Origin: a virus
UHGV virus genome: UHGV-0113711
DNA length: 34,173 bases
Reading direction: 5' to 3' (one strand)
Within the stretch, counting starts at the first letter, position 1. Each line of letters starts with the position of its first letter. The position numbers were made by a program, and so were the translations under genes. The notes beneath the pieces were generated by a model. That model was not told the origin of the DNA. It was given only the letters and a program-made list of their open reading frames with translations, and searched no databases. This document shows, one piece after another, positions 8,401-16,046 of this stretch.

Positions 8401-8587
8401 ATATACTCCTTTGTAAAACTATATTTATAGCCTCCATAACATTACAAAAGAATGATATTTTTAATTTGAGGTGTCGTCCAAATATGATTATATTCCAAAG
8501 TGACATTAATGAATATTGTCCCGACTACGGAATAGGGATTAAAATAAACCGTAACCGGGAAATATATTTATTATCCATTTTTAACCA

Positions 8588-10357
8588 TCATGGATAGTAC
8601 AAATTTTTAAAGTGATTATTAATATCAACCATAGCATCAAGAATTGGTTTGAACAATGAAAAATCTATAGTCTGTCTATTTTCTCTGATAATATTGTTGG
8701 CAAACCTGTCTTTTCCAAAAGTAGTAGTGCTATCATGATTATTACTTTTATCAAAGGATTTACCGTTAATTGTCTTTGTCAGAACTTCATCTTTGAAAAA
8801 GTCTTCCATGCACGATTGTTTATCACCAGCCAATAGTGGAGTTAACAATACGTAGAGGTTATTCTCTAAATGTAAAAATTTATGTTTTCTTACGTCCTCT
8901 GATTTTCTAGGCAGGTGAGAATATTCTTTGATTATATTATTAATAAAATCAGATGGCCCAGTGTCATTATCCAAAACAATTATTACTGGATTTTTAGGCG
9001 GTTGTCTTTCAAATTTCTTGCATTGTTCTCTATGCCTTCTAAAGAATCTTACATAGTCAGCAGCCCCACCGTAGAGGTCTAAAAAATATTCCTTTTTTGC
9101 GTTTGTTTTGAATAACGTAATATTTAAAATTCTATTCTTTGTTCTATCGTCAACTCTAACCAGAGCAGGATAACTTAAATACAAAGAATCAATTGCACAT
9201 TTCAAATAAATTGGATCTGTTTTACCTTCTGTCAAAACTGTAGGCTTTATATTCCCATAAAAATACTTATAATGAAGAAAGTTACTGAATGCTGTCTCTC
9301 TTGAATTCAATTTGAGAGTAAAATTAATTCCAGTTTTCTTTAGCACATATTTTTCTGGGAGTGTATGTTTTTTAGCGTTAATGTTATTATACTTATCAAG
9401 CATATCAATATAAACGAAGCGGCCTTCAAGTTCATTTAGAGTACCTTTTCGCGGTTTTCCACTAATATCCAAAAGGGTAAAATCCCCTTCTTTATAAAGT
9501 GCATGCGCCATAGCTCTGGTTTTTTTAATATAATCTTTATTGACATTTATTTTTTTGTTTACGGTTAAACCTGTTACTTCCTGCCTTGATGTATGCCGCA
9601 ATATTCTGGTCTTATTATTATTAATTTTAAATCCAGCTTTTTCAATTTCATTAACTAACAATGGTCCTAACTCGTTAGAATTCTCATTTATAACAATTGA
9701 GTCAGGAAACTGATTTTTGTTAGTTGAGAATGTTATATCATCTGCATATCGACTATAACTGCATCCATTAGAAAGTGCCAACTTTGACAATCTAATATCT
9801 AAAATATTACATATAAGATTGCTTATTACAGGAGAGCAAGGACTTCCTTGCGGAAGTTTTCCATCATAGCAAGCTATCTGCGCAATTATAGTTGCTATTG
9901 ATGGGTGCAAATTAAAATATTGATTCGCGATAAAATAACCACGGACCCTACCGAAATTAAATGTAGGGAAAAAATCCTCAAGATCAATATTTAAAACATT
10001 GGTTTTATTTCTATGTCTTTCTGCATTTGTTATTATTGTTTTATTTTTCTCAAATCCATGAGATAAGCTAGGGGTGATATTATTTGTTTTCCATATTTCG
10101 CTCTGACAAACATACAATAAATCTGATAAACGCCTTTGTATGTCTTTTAGTTTTTCAGTAGGCGCAAATATCTCTCTGTCACCTCCAGACTTCTTTTTTA
10201 TAATAAATCTTTCATATTGATGCTCAGGTCGTATTCTGTACAGGACATTAGTAAGAAAAGAAACTTTAATTTGAAGTAAGCGTGCAAACTCAAATTTGGT
10301 CTTGCATGACTTGAGTCTTTCTAAGTAGGAGGGAGTGAACATAATAGTAAATTCCAT
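8588..10357 (-). CDS. Retron-type reverse transcriptase with C-terminal Toprim domain (Ec67-family architecture)
   Basis: Reverse-transcriptase motifs are KKSGGDREIFAPT (box 1/2), LNIDLEDFFPTFNF (box A), LPQGSPCSPVISNLICNILD (box B'), YSRYADDITFST (box C, YADD) and SRQEVTGLTVN. The C-terminal ~250 aa carry Toprim signatures TVLTEGKTDPIYLK (conserved Glu) and PVIIVLDNDTGPSD (DxD). Size (584-589 aa) and block order match my recollection of the Ec67 reverse transcriptase (586 aa). The true start may be the Met at 10342. Confidence 0.9.
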   Translation of the reverse strand: MEFTIMFTPSYLERLKSCKTKFEFARLLQIKVSFLTNVLYRIRPEHQYERFIIKKKSGGDREIFAPTEKLKDIQRRLSDLLYVCQSEIWKTNNITPSLSHGFEKNKTIITNAERHRNKTNVLNIDLEDFFPTFNFGRVRGYFIANQYFNLHPSIATIIAQIACYDGKLPQGSPCSPVISNLICNILDIRLSKLALSNGCSYSRYADDITFSTNKNQFPDSIVINENSNELGPLLVNEIEKAGFKINNNKTRILRHTSRQEVTGLTVNKKINVNKDYIKKTRAMAHALYKEGDFTLLDISGKPRKGTLNELEGRFVYIDMLDKYNNINAKKHTLPEKYVLKKTGINFTLKLNSRETAFSNFLHYKYFYGNIKPTVLTEGKTDPIYLKCAIDSLYLSYPALVRVDDRTKNRILNITLFKTNAKKEYFLDLYGGAADYVRFFRRHREQCKKFERQPPKNPVIIVLDNDTGPSDFINNIIKEYSHLPRKSEDVRKHKFLHLENNLYVLLTPLLAGDKQSCMEDFFKDEVLTKTINGKSFDKSNNHDSTTTFGKDRFANNIIRENRQTIDFSLFKPILDAMVDINNHFKNLYYP

Positions 10358-10373
10358 TATTAATTATGTTATT

Positions 10374-10502
10374 GCACATGCAGGCACTCTTACGCATTTC
10401 AAAGTGACGCCCAAGAAGATCCGACGTCCGTCAGAGGCGAATACTGCCGACCTTTTAATCACTGATTGCGATACCACAACCAACAAATCTACCTGCATGT
10501 GC
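10374..10502 (-). ncRNA. Candidate retron msr-msd non-coding RNA bounded by a1/a2 inverted repeats (approximate)
   Basis: Perfect 11-bp inverted repeat: gcacatgcagg (10374..10384) and cctgcatgtgc (10492..10502), spanning 129 bp immediately 5' of the reverse-transcriptase start on the minus strand. This is the position and scale expected for retron a2/a1. The internal msr/msd boundary and branch G are not determined. Confidence 0.5.
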
Positions 10503-10787
10503 CTTGCTAATTTATCATAGTTAACAATCAAAACAAGCACTTTTGAAAATGGCTGTATCTTATTGATTAACTAATCATGGTCAAAGCCGAACATTCCTCG
10601 TGAAGATTGTTAGAATTTGAGATCTTTACGAGCACTTAACAGACTGTCAGATTCAGTCATGGAGCAAGTTGAATGCAATGTTATCATGTATCACTTTTTC
10701 TTTTTCGTCGTTAAGATGGTTCATAAAACTTACCATTAAGTCGATTGATAACTAGTAATTACATCTGTAGGTTCTCTTGATGATTTG

Positions 10788-11528
10788 TCAGAGGGCATTT
10801 GAGCTAAATAAAGTTGATTCGACGAGTTCAATTGCTTCATCTTCGATAGTTGATTTGTCCATTGTTTTGGTCGGCTCAGAAATATCAATTTTCACAATTA
10901 CAATCTCGTCATCAAAAGATAGTTTTTCACCCCTTCTTTCTTTACGTAAAACGCTGTTCTCTTTGCTGAGTTCAGCGTTTTTCCTTTCTAACTCTGCGAC
11001 TCTTTTCATCAAATCTTCCATTTTGGAATTCACAACATCTAGTCTCTGCTCAGTCGGAAATTCAATACTTTCGATGATTTCAATAAATTCACCAGTATAC
11101 ATCTGAACAAACTGCTCGGTGTCTTTGATCTTCTGCATTCTTAGATCTGAACAGAAAGCTTTCCACGAGTTCTTTTTACCGTTAATTTCACAAGCAACGA
11201 TAACAGCATTATCGGTTGTATAAGCAACGATTGCAGGCAGATTATTAACTTCGGTCGTACCGATTTCGAAGCTATGCATATTTTTTACAGTCACAGCATT
11301 TTCAATCTTCTGTAACATCTTAGCTCGAACATTACGATGAATATCTATAGCTTTAACAAGAGCTTTCAGGCTGTTTTTGTTATTGGTCATTCTATTAACT
11401 TTGATAATATTTCTGTTCAGGCTTGCTTTAACTGTTCTGTCTAGATTTTCGAAGACTGCAAATTTGAAATTCAATTTATTTGCCTTTATTGATTGGTTGA
11501 GTTCTGATATTACGTTTTTTGCAAGCAT
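10788..11528 (-). CDS. Hypothetical protein (246 aa) with coiled-coil C-terminus
   Basis: Long ORF on the same strand as the retron and upstream of it. C-terminal KMEDLMKRVAELERKNAELSKENSVLRKERR is coiled-coil-like. The start may be a later Met because the 5' end overlaps the upstream small ORF. Confidence 0.6.
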   Translation of the reverse strand: MLAKNVISELNQSIKANKLNFKFAVFENLDRTVKASLNRNIIKVNRMTNNKNSLKALVKAIDIHRNVRAKMLQKIENAVTVKNMHSFEIGTTEVNNLPAIVAYTTDNAVIVACEINGKKNSWKAFCSDLRMQKIKDTEQFVQMYTGEFIEIIESIEFPTEQRLDVVNSKMEDLMKRVAELERKNAELSKENSVLRKERRGEKLSFDDEIVIVKIDISEPTKTMDKSTIEDEAIELVESTLFSSNAL

Positions 11529-11634
11529 TATACATCGTTGCTTTATTCATTTGTTTAGATTCTGCAATTTGCTGAAATGTCTCACCAGAGTCTAAGCGAG
11601 ATTCAATTTCGAATTTGTTAGGTATAAATTTCAT
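11476..11634 (-). CDS. Small putative HTH DNA-binding protein (52 aa)
   Basis: Internal Met of track ORF 11476..11670. ETFQQIAESKQMNKATMYNACKK resembles a helix-turn-helix. Weak ribosome-binding site; overlaps the downstream 246-aa ORF by ~50 bp in another frame. Confidence 0.35.
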   Translation of the reverse strand: MKFIPNKFEIESRLDSGETFQQIAESKQMNKATMYNACKKRNIRTQPINKGK

Positions 11635-11665
11635 GGGGTTGCCTTTTTTATTGAATTGAAAAATA

Positions 11666-11683
11666 AGCACTCCGAAGAGTGCT
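11666..11683. terminator. Hairpin agcactc-cgaa-gagtgct flanked by A/T runs
   Basis: 7-bp stem with a 4-nt loop. The upstream A-run (plus strand) would be a T-run for minus-strand transcripts, so it may insulate the HTH gene from the non-coding region to its right. Confidence 0.35.
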
Positions 11684-12016
11684 TTAAACTTAAGGAATTT
11701 TTAAATGAACTAAGCTAATTGCTTATATCTTATTTTATGACGGATAAAGTCAGTAGTAAACAAACGAGAGAAAATAACGAGGAAGAAGAAACTCTCTGTG
11801 TTCATACTAATATTTATATAGTTCACCGAAAGTGTAAACAAAGTCCGAAAAATAATTTAGTGAAAAGCAGGTGCATTGATGCACATCAAAACGCATCGAT
11901 AACGCATCGATGCGACTCGGAGAAGTGCATGGACCCTAGAAAAAATCGCCCTATAAGAACAATTGGATAAAGATGAACTGGAAGGATATAGAAGCAGTAC
12001 AAAACCTGGAAAACAT

Positions 12017-12159
12017 AGCGAAGCGAGCAGATTGCGCGAAGCGCGGGCGAAGCCCTAATTGATAAACATTAGCGCGAAGCGCGACAGATAACACTATCGA
12101 ACTTGATTACTAGCTACTGATTAGATGTTTCTAGATAAAGATTATTAGCGCTTCGCGCG
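12017..12159. repeat. Cluster of GCGAAGC mini-hairpin motifs (four direct, one inverted) in an otherwise AT-rich non-coding region
   Basis: GCGAAGC at 12017..12023, 12035..12041 (within gcgcgaagcgcg), 12046..12052 (within gggcgaagccc) and 12073..12079 (within gcgcgaagcgcg). The inverted copy gcgcttcgcgcg is at 12148..12159. Confidence 0.6.
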
Positions 12160-12621
12160 TTCGCTACGCTCACAATATTATTTTTCAGATCTGGATAATA
12201 ATGATTACTGGATAACTGCATTATACTGTTCGTCTGACAATCAATAAACATAACGATCGATAATTAATTGAAATAACGTTAATGAGTTCTCCTTCGCTAT
12301 CGCTACGTCGAACGGGCAAGCCCTATCTTTGATGATAGTAATGATTGACTGCTACATCATCCCTCCTCGCTTCTCCCTGCTTCTACTGACCTAATGATAC
12401 TCCAAGTCAATTCCCTGTTATCAAGTTCACCTGATGCTTCCTGCTTCGTTATCGACCTTATTGCTTTTGACTCTACGCTTTCAGCTTCGCAGGAAGTACG
12501 CCCTGCTGTTTGCAGATCGTTCTAAAGAACTGAGTAATCAAGTTCTCAACTATTTGATTCCTTGCGCCCCAAAGATGCCTCCAGTATCTGTGGTTTACAA
12601 TCTACTCATTTGAAATTCAAT

Positions 12622-12648
12622 AAAAAAGGGAGCACTAAGCTCCCTTTT
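12622..12648. terminator. Bidirectional Rho-independent terminator
   Basis: aaaaaa-gggagc-actaa-gctccc-tttt: a 6-bp GC-rich stem (12628..12644) flanked by an A-run and a T-run, immediately 3' of the 59-codon minus-strand gene. Confidence 0.7.
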
Positions 12649-12649
12649 G

Positions 12650-12829
12650 TCATTTCAGACCAAGCACTAATGCTTGTTCAAGTTTTTTCTCAAGCAGAGT
12701 GTTTAATCCACTTTCGAAAAATTCAATCGCTTGAACGTCTGAGTCTGTTTTTAAGCGAACAGCGGCATCGTCAACTGTTAACTCTTCGGTCTTAACATCA
12801 CCGTTTTTATAAACCACATTAGCAATCAT
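12650..12829 (-). CDS. Small acidic protein (59 aa), self-contained transcription unit
   Basis: ATG at 12829 preceded by AAAGGAGA; translation MIANVVYKNGDVKTEELTVDDAAVRLKTDSDVQAIEFFESGLNTLLEKKLEQALVLGLK. Absent from the ORF track (below its apparent length cutoff). Has its own promoter and terminator. Confidence 0.6.
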   Translation of the reverse strand: MIANVVYKNGDVKTEELTVDDAAVRLKTDSDVQAIEFFESGLNTLLEKKLEQALVLGLK

Positions 12830-12850
12830 GCTTTCTCCTTTGTTGCTAAA

Positions 12851-12879
12851 AAATAATAACCGAATGATATCACTTGTTC
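12851..12879 (-). promoter_or_regulatory. Sigma70-like promoter for the 59-codon gene (-35 TTGAAC, 17-bp spacer, -10 TATTAT)
   Basis: Minus-strand reading ttgaac-aagtgatatcattcggt-tattat, ending ~10 nt before the ribosome-binding site. Confidence 0.5.
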
Positions 12880-13067
12880 AATTTTTCTTTCAATCAAATA
12901 AGTATCCGATGAATAGTCGGCTCTCTAAACTAGCAGGTATGAAATAGTTCCTTAATTCTGAACTTCCTCACTTTGCTTCCTATTTAATATTGCAATTTTA
13001 AATCTAGTGTAATTAATTTAGCTACAAACTTGCATTTATTATACATTTAAAAAATCGCCTCCATTCG

Positions 13068-13502
13068 TTAGGCATTCTCAGTTTCACTCATTTCTCCTTT
13101 AGTGCTATTCACACAGCGAAGAAACTGATCCCTCTGATACGCGGCAGTTTTGTCTGACATCTGTTTTTTGAATAACTCAAAATCCCCCTCTGTACGTTTA
13201 AAAATAATCATGCTAATCGCAGATGGTTTTTTATTAGCCGATTTGCTAGCAAGAAGTTTTTCGATGTTATCGAATCCGAAAGCCTGATTCACGATTCGTT
13301 GTGCTTCAACAGCATCGACAACTTCAACCGTATTTTCAGCTTTAACTTCTTCAACAACTGTATATTCCTCGATGTTAGCTTTAACACGACGAACAACAGA
13401 ACGAGGAACATCGTATTTTTCAGCAAGCTTACTCTCTGACATATCAGTACCAGCGTTTAATTCAGAAGCAATTCGGTTTTCAACAGTCAGTTCAGTTTTC
13501 AT
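13068..13502 (-). CDS. Putative HTH DNA-binding protein (144 aa)
   Basis: Start moved to the internal ATG 13502 (AGGAGA 6 nt upstream); track start 13559 has no ribosome-binding site. SESKLAEKYDVPRSVVRRV looks like a helix-turn-helix. Divergent from the large terminase gene. Confidence 0.6.
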   Translation of the reverse strand: MKTELTVENRIASELNAGTDMSESKLAEKYDVPRSVVRRVKANIEEYTVVEEVKAENTVEVVDAVEAQRIVNQAFGFDNIEKLLASKSANKKPSAISMIIFKRTEGDFELFKKQMSDKTAAYQRDQFLRCVNSTKGEMSETENA

Positions 13503-13647
13503 TGTCGTTCTCCTGTGTTTTGTTGGAACAGACTTTAACAGGCGGATATCCAGGTGCAAGAACTCTTAGAAATAATTTTATGGAGGTTTTCATAAATACA
13601 GACAGAGAAATGAAATCCATTTTGGGTTCATCCACTTAGGGCTGATT

Positions 13648-15531
13648 ATGAAAAACTCAAATAAACTGAAAAGTATCTTACAGAATGCAAAGCGCTTTTT
13701 AATGCCACCTCCTGACTACACTCCGTCCGAGTGGGTCGAACAGTACCTGAAATTCCCTGATGGTCCTTATACAGGGCAGCCGATGAAACTGTTTGAGTTT
13801 CAGAAAGGCATGATTGACGTCATTAAAGAACGTAAGAAGAAAATCGTCTTCGAGACTTCTGCCCAGATTGGCAAGACAACCATCTTGAACGGAATTCTGT
13901 TCTATAAGTCTGCTACTGATCCCGGTAACGCTGGTGTCTTGCAGTCAACCGGTAAAGAGACGACTCAATGGCTATCAGGCAAGATTCGCCCAATGATTGA
14001 CGAATCGGAAGAAATGCAACGAATCGTCACCGACAAGAACGACAGAAACGCAGTGAATAACACCAGTCAAATTCAGCTACGTGCTGGAGGCTTTTGGTAT
14101 TTCATGTCGCTCAATAGCCCTTCTCACTTACGCGGTAAAACTCTTCCGCTGATGTTGCTTGATGAAGTTGACGCAGTTGAAACAGACACAGAAGAAGGCA
14201 ACCCGATTATCATCGCGGAACAACGTGCTACGACGTTCGGTGAAGACGCTCGTGTTTTCATTAGCTCGACGCCTACAAGTAAATACGGTGCTATCCACAC
14301 GCAGTATGAAGCATCCGACAAGCGCAAGTATCATGTTCCCTGTCCTACATGTGGTCATAAGCACGAACTGACGTGGGAGAATATCAAATTCGACTGGGTA
14401 AAAATCGATGGTAAATCATTACCTGATCCTAACTCTGCCAGAATTGAATGTCCTGAATGTCATCACGCTTTCTCTGAAGGCGACCGAGCACGAGCAATTA
14501 AACAAGGTGAATGGATTATTCATCAACCTGAAAGTCGAATTGCTGGATTCCACGTAAGTCGTTTATACAGCCCAATGAGTTCTATCAAATCAGTTGTTGA
14601 AGACTATAAGCAAGCATGGCAAACGTTCAGCTTGTCAACGTTTTATAACACTGTTCTTGGTCTACCGTTTGATGATTTAAACGAAGACATTGAGGTTAGT
14701 AAATTAGAAACACTCAAGACGAATATCGGCATCAGCAATATACCAGAAGACACGTTGTTTTTAACCGCTGGGGTTGACCAACAGCAAGACCGTTTAGAAG
14801 TAACCTTGATGGGTCACAACGAACGAACCGTTTATATTCTTGCACATCGTAGCTTTATGACAATGAACGCTGAGGTTATCGATTCCCCTGCTTATAAAGA
14901 ACTTCTTGCATACGTTAAAGCACCGTTCAGAACAGCTTTGGGAAGAAAGGTTCCTTTAGCGTGGGTGAACGTCGATAGCTCAAACGGTCGAGCAACTAAA
15001 ACAATCTATCGTTTCTGCTCTCAGTGGACAAACCTGAAAGCAATTAAAGGTGCCAGCTCTGTTGATGCCCCTTATGTTCCAACGAAAATCACGAAAACCG
15101 GTGGTTATGAACTTTATATGATTGGTGTAAACCAAGGAAAAAACTTAGTTCGTGAACTGCTAAACAGAAGCGTGAAATCTGGAAATACACCAGTCAGAGT
15201 CGAAATCTCTGATGATGTTCCAGATGATTACTGCGAACAGCTTATGTCCGAAGAATTAAAACGCTCTGGTAATACTGTTAGATGGGTTATTAAACAAGGC
15301 GGTGTTCGTAACGAAGGTCTTGACTGCTTTAACTACGGTTATTGCGCGCGTCTGCAAGTTCTAGAGAAAATCAAATTTCACGAGTGGAGGAAACTCGCTG
15401 CTAAATCTGATATTGAAATGCCAGAAGAACAAAACGAAACAAATTCTCCTGTTATTCAAACTCATGAACCTCGTCGAAACATTATCAAACGAAACAGACC
15501 AGTTAATAAGCCTCGTGGTTTCGGATTATAA
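13648..15531 (+). CDS. Terminase large subunit, lambda GpA family
   Basis: N-terminal PPPDYTPSEWVEQYLKFPDG parallels the lambda A N-terminus. The ATPase region IVFETSAQIGKTT and the zinc-finger-like HVPCPTCGHKHELTWENIKFD...ECPECHH parallel lambda A VACPHCGEEQYLKFGD. Length 627 aa. Confidence 0.85.
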   Translation: MKNSNKLKSILQNAKRFLMPPPDYTPSEWVEQYLKFPDGPYTGQPMKLFEFQKGMIDVIKERKKKIVFETSAQIGKTTILNGILFYKSATDPGNAGVLQSTGKETTQWLSGKIRPMIDESEEMQRIVTDKNDRNAVNNTSQIQLRAGGFWYFMSLNSPSHLRGKTLPLMLLDEVDAVETDTEEGNPIIIAEQRATTFGEDARVFISSTPTSKYGAIHTQYEASDKRKYHVPCPTCGHKHELTWENIKFDWVKIDGKSLPDPNSARIECPECHHAFSEGDRARAIKQGEWIIHQPESRIAGFHVSRLYSPMSSIKSVVEDYKQAWQTFSLSTFYNTVLGLPFDDLNEDIEVSKLETLKTNIGISNIPEDTLFLTAGVDQQQDRLEVTLMGHNERTVYILAHRSFMTMNAEVIDSPAYKELLAYVKAPFRTALGRKVPLAWVNVDSSNGRATKTIYRFCSQWTNLKAIKGASSVDAPYVPTKITKTGGYELYMIGVNQGKNLVRELLNRSVKSGNTPVRVEISDDVPDDYCEQLMSEELKRSGNTVRWVIKQGGVRNEGLDCFNYGYCARLQVLEKIKFHEWRKLAAKSDIEMPEEQNETNSPVIQTHEPRRNIIKRNRPVNKPRGFGL

Positions 15532-15551
15532 ATATAAGAAAGGAGAACTCA

Positions 15552-16046
15552 ATGCAAAAATCAAATTCAGAAATTTACATCGGTGAAAAACTCGCTGTTT
15601 ATAATCCTGAAGGTGCAACAGTCTCCATAGGCTCAACTGAAACTAAATTGTTTTCTCAAACTGATTGTCCAGCGAATATCTCGGTGGACACATCAGATTT
15701 TATCGAAGGAACTTTTTCTGTTGTTGTTCTCTATGAAGGTGCGCTTATCAGTAACAGCATTATCAAAGTGAAATCACCATTCGTTTCAAAAACGAAAAGA
15801 GAACAACTCAGAGAAATGATTAACGATATCGATACAGTTATTCAGTATCGTCTGACAAGTAACGAAGAAGCTATTCAACAAATGAGTATTAACGGTAAAT
15901 CATTCGTTTATGAAACGCTTGATTCGCTGCTTATGGCTCGAAAACGACTTTTAGCTAACTTAGCAAATCTGATTAAGTCAGAACAAATGGCAAACGGTAA
16001 ATCTCCGATTGTTACTATTAAAGCGAGGTTCACGAATCCATCATGA
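15552..16046 (+). CDS. Head-tail joining protein, gpW-like C-terminal domain with N-terminal extension
   Basis: Position between large terminase and portal as in lambda. C-terminal INGKSFVYETLDSLLMARKRL resembles gpW [24 protein letters not shown]. Stop overlaps the portal start (ATGA). Confidence 0.5.
   Translation: MQKSNSEIYIGEKLAVYNPEGATVSIGSTETKLFSQTDCPANISVDTSDFIEGTFSVVVLYEGALISNSIIKVKSPFVSKTKREQLREMINDIDTVIQYRLTSNEEAIQQMSINGKSFVYETLDSLLMARKRLLANLANLIKSEQMANGKSPIVTIKARFTNPS

Noticed and set aside
10335-10520. Plus-strand ORF 10335..10520 (61 aa)
   Set aside because: Overlaps the reverse-transcriptase start and the candidate msr/msd region on the opposite strand; more parsimoniously non-coding.
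10503-10560. A specific sigma70 promoter call for the retron transcript
   Set aside because: Several -10-like hexamers (tatgat, taaatt) exist on the minus strand but none pairs with a good -35 at 16-18 bp spacing; left as an unresolved candidate region.
11719-11970. Plus-strand ORF 11719..11970 (83 aa)
   Set aside because: Sits in a repeat- and palindrome-rich non-coding region (gcatcgatgc palindromes), has no ribosome-binding site and gives a low-complexity translation.
12562-12795. Plus-strand ORF 12562..12795 (77 aa)
   Set aside because: Runs through the bidirectional terminator hairpin and is antisense to the better-supported 59-codon minus-strand gene.
8102-13647. Dam methylase or other retron-associated effector genes (ATPase/HNH, ribosyltransferase) near the reverse transcriptase
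   Set aside because: No ORF in the retron neighbourhood shows a DPPY methyltransferase motif, a Walker A ATPase or an HNH motif; the only recognisable effector is the fused Toprim domain.
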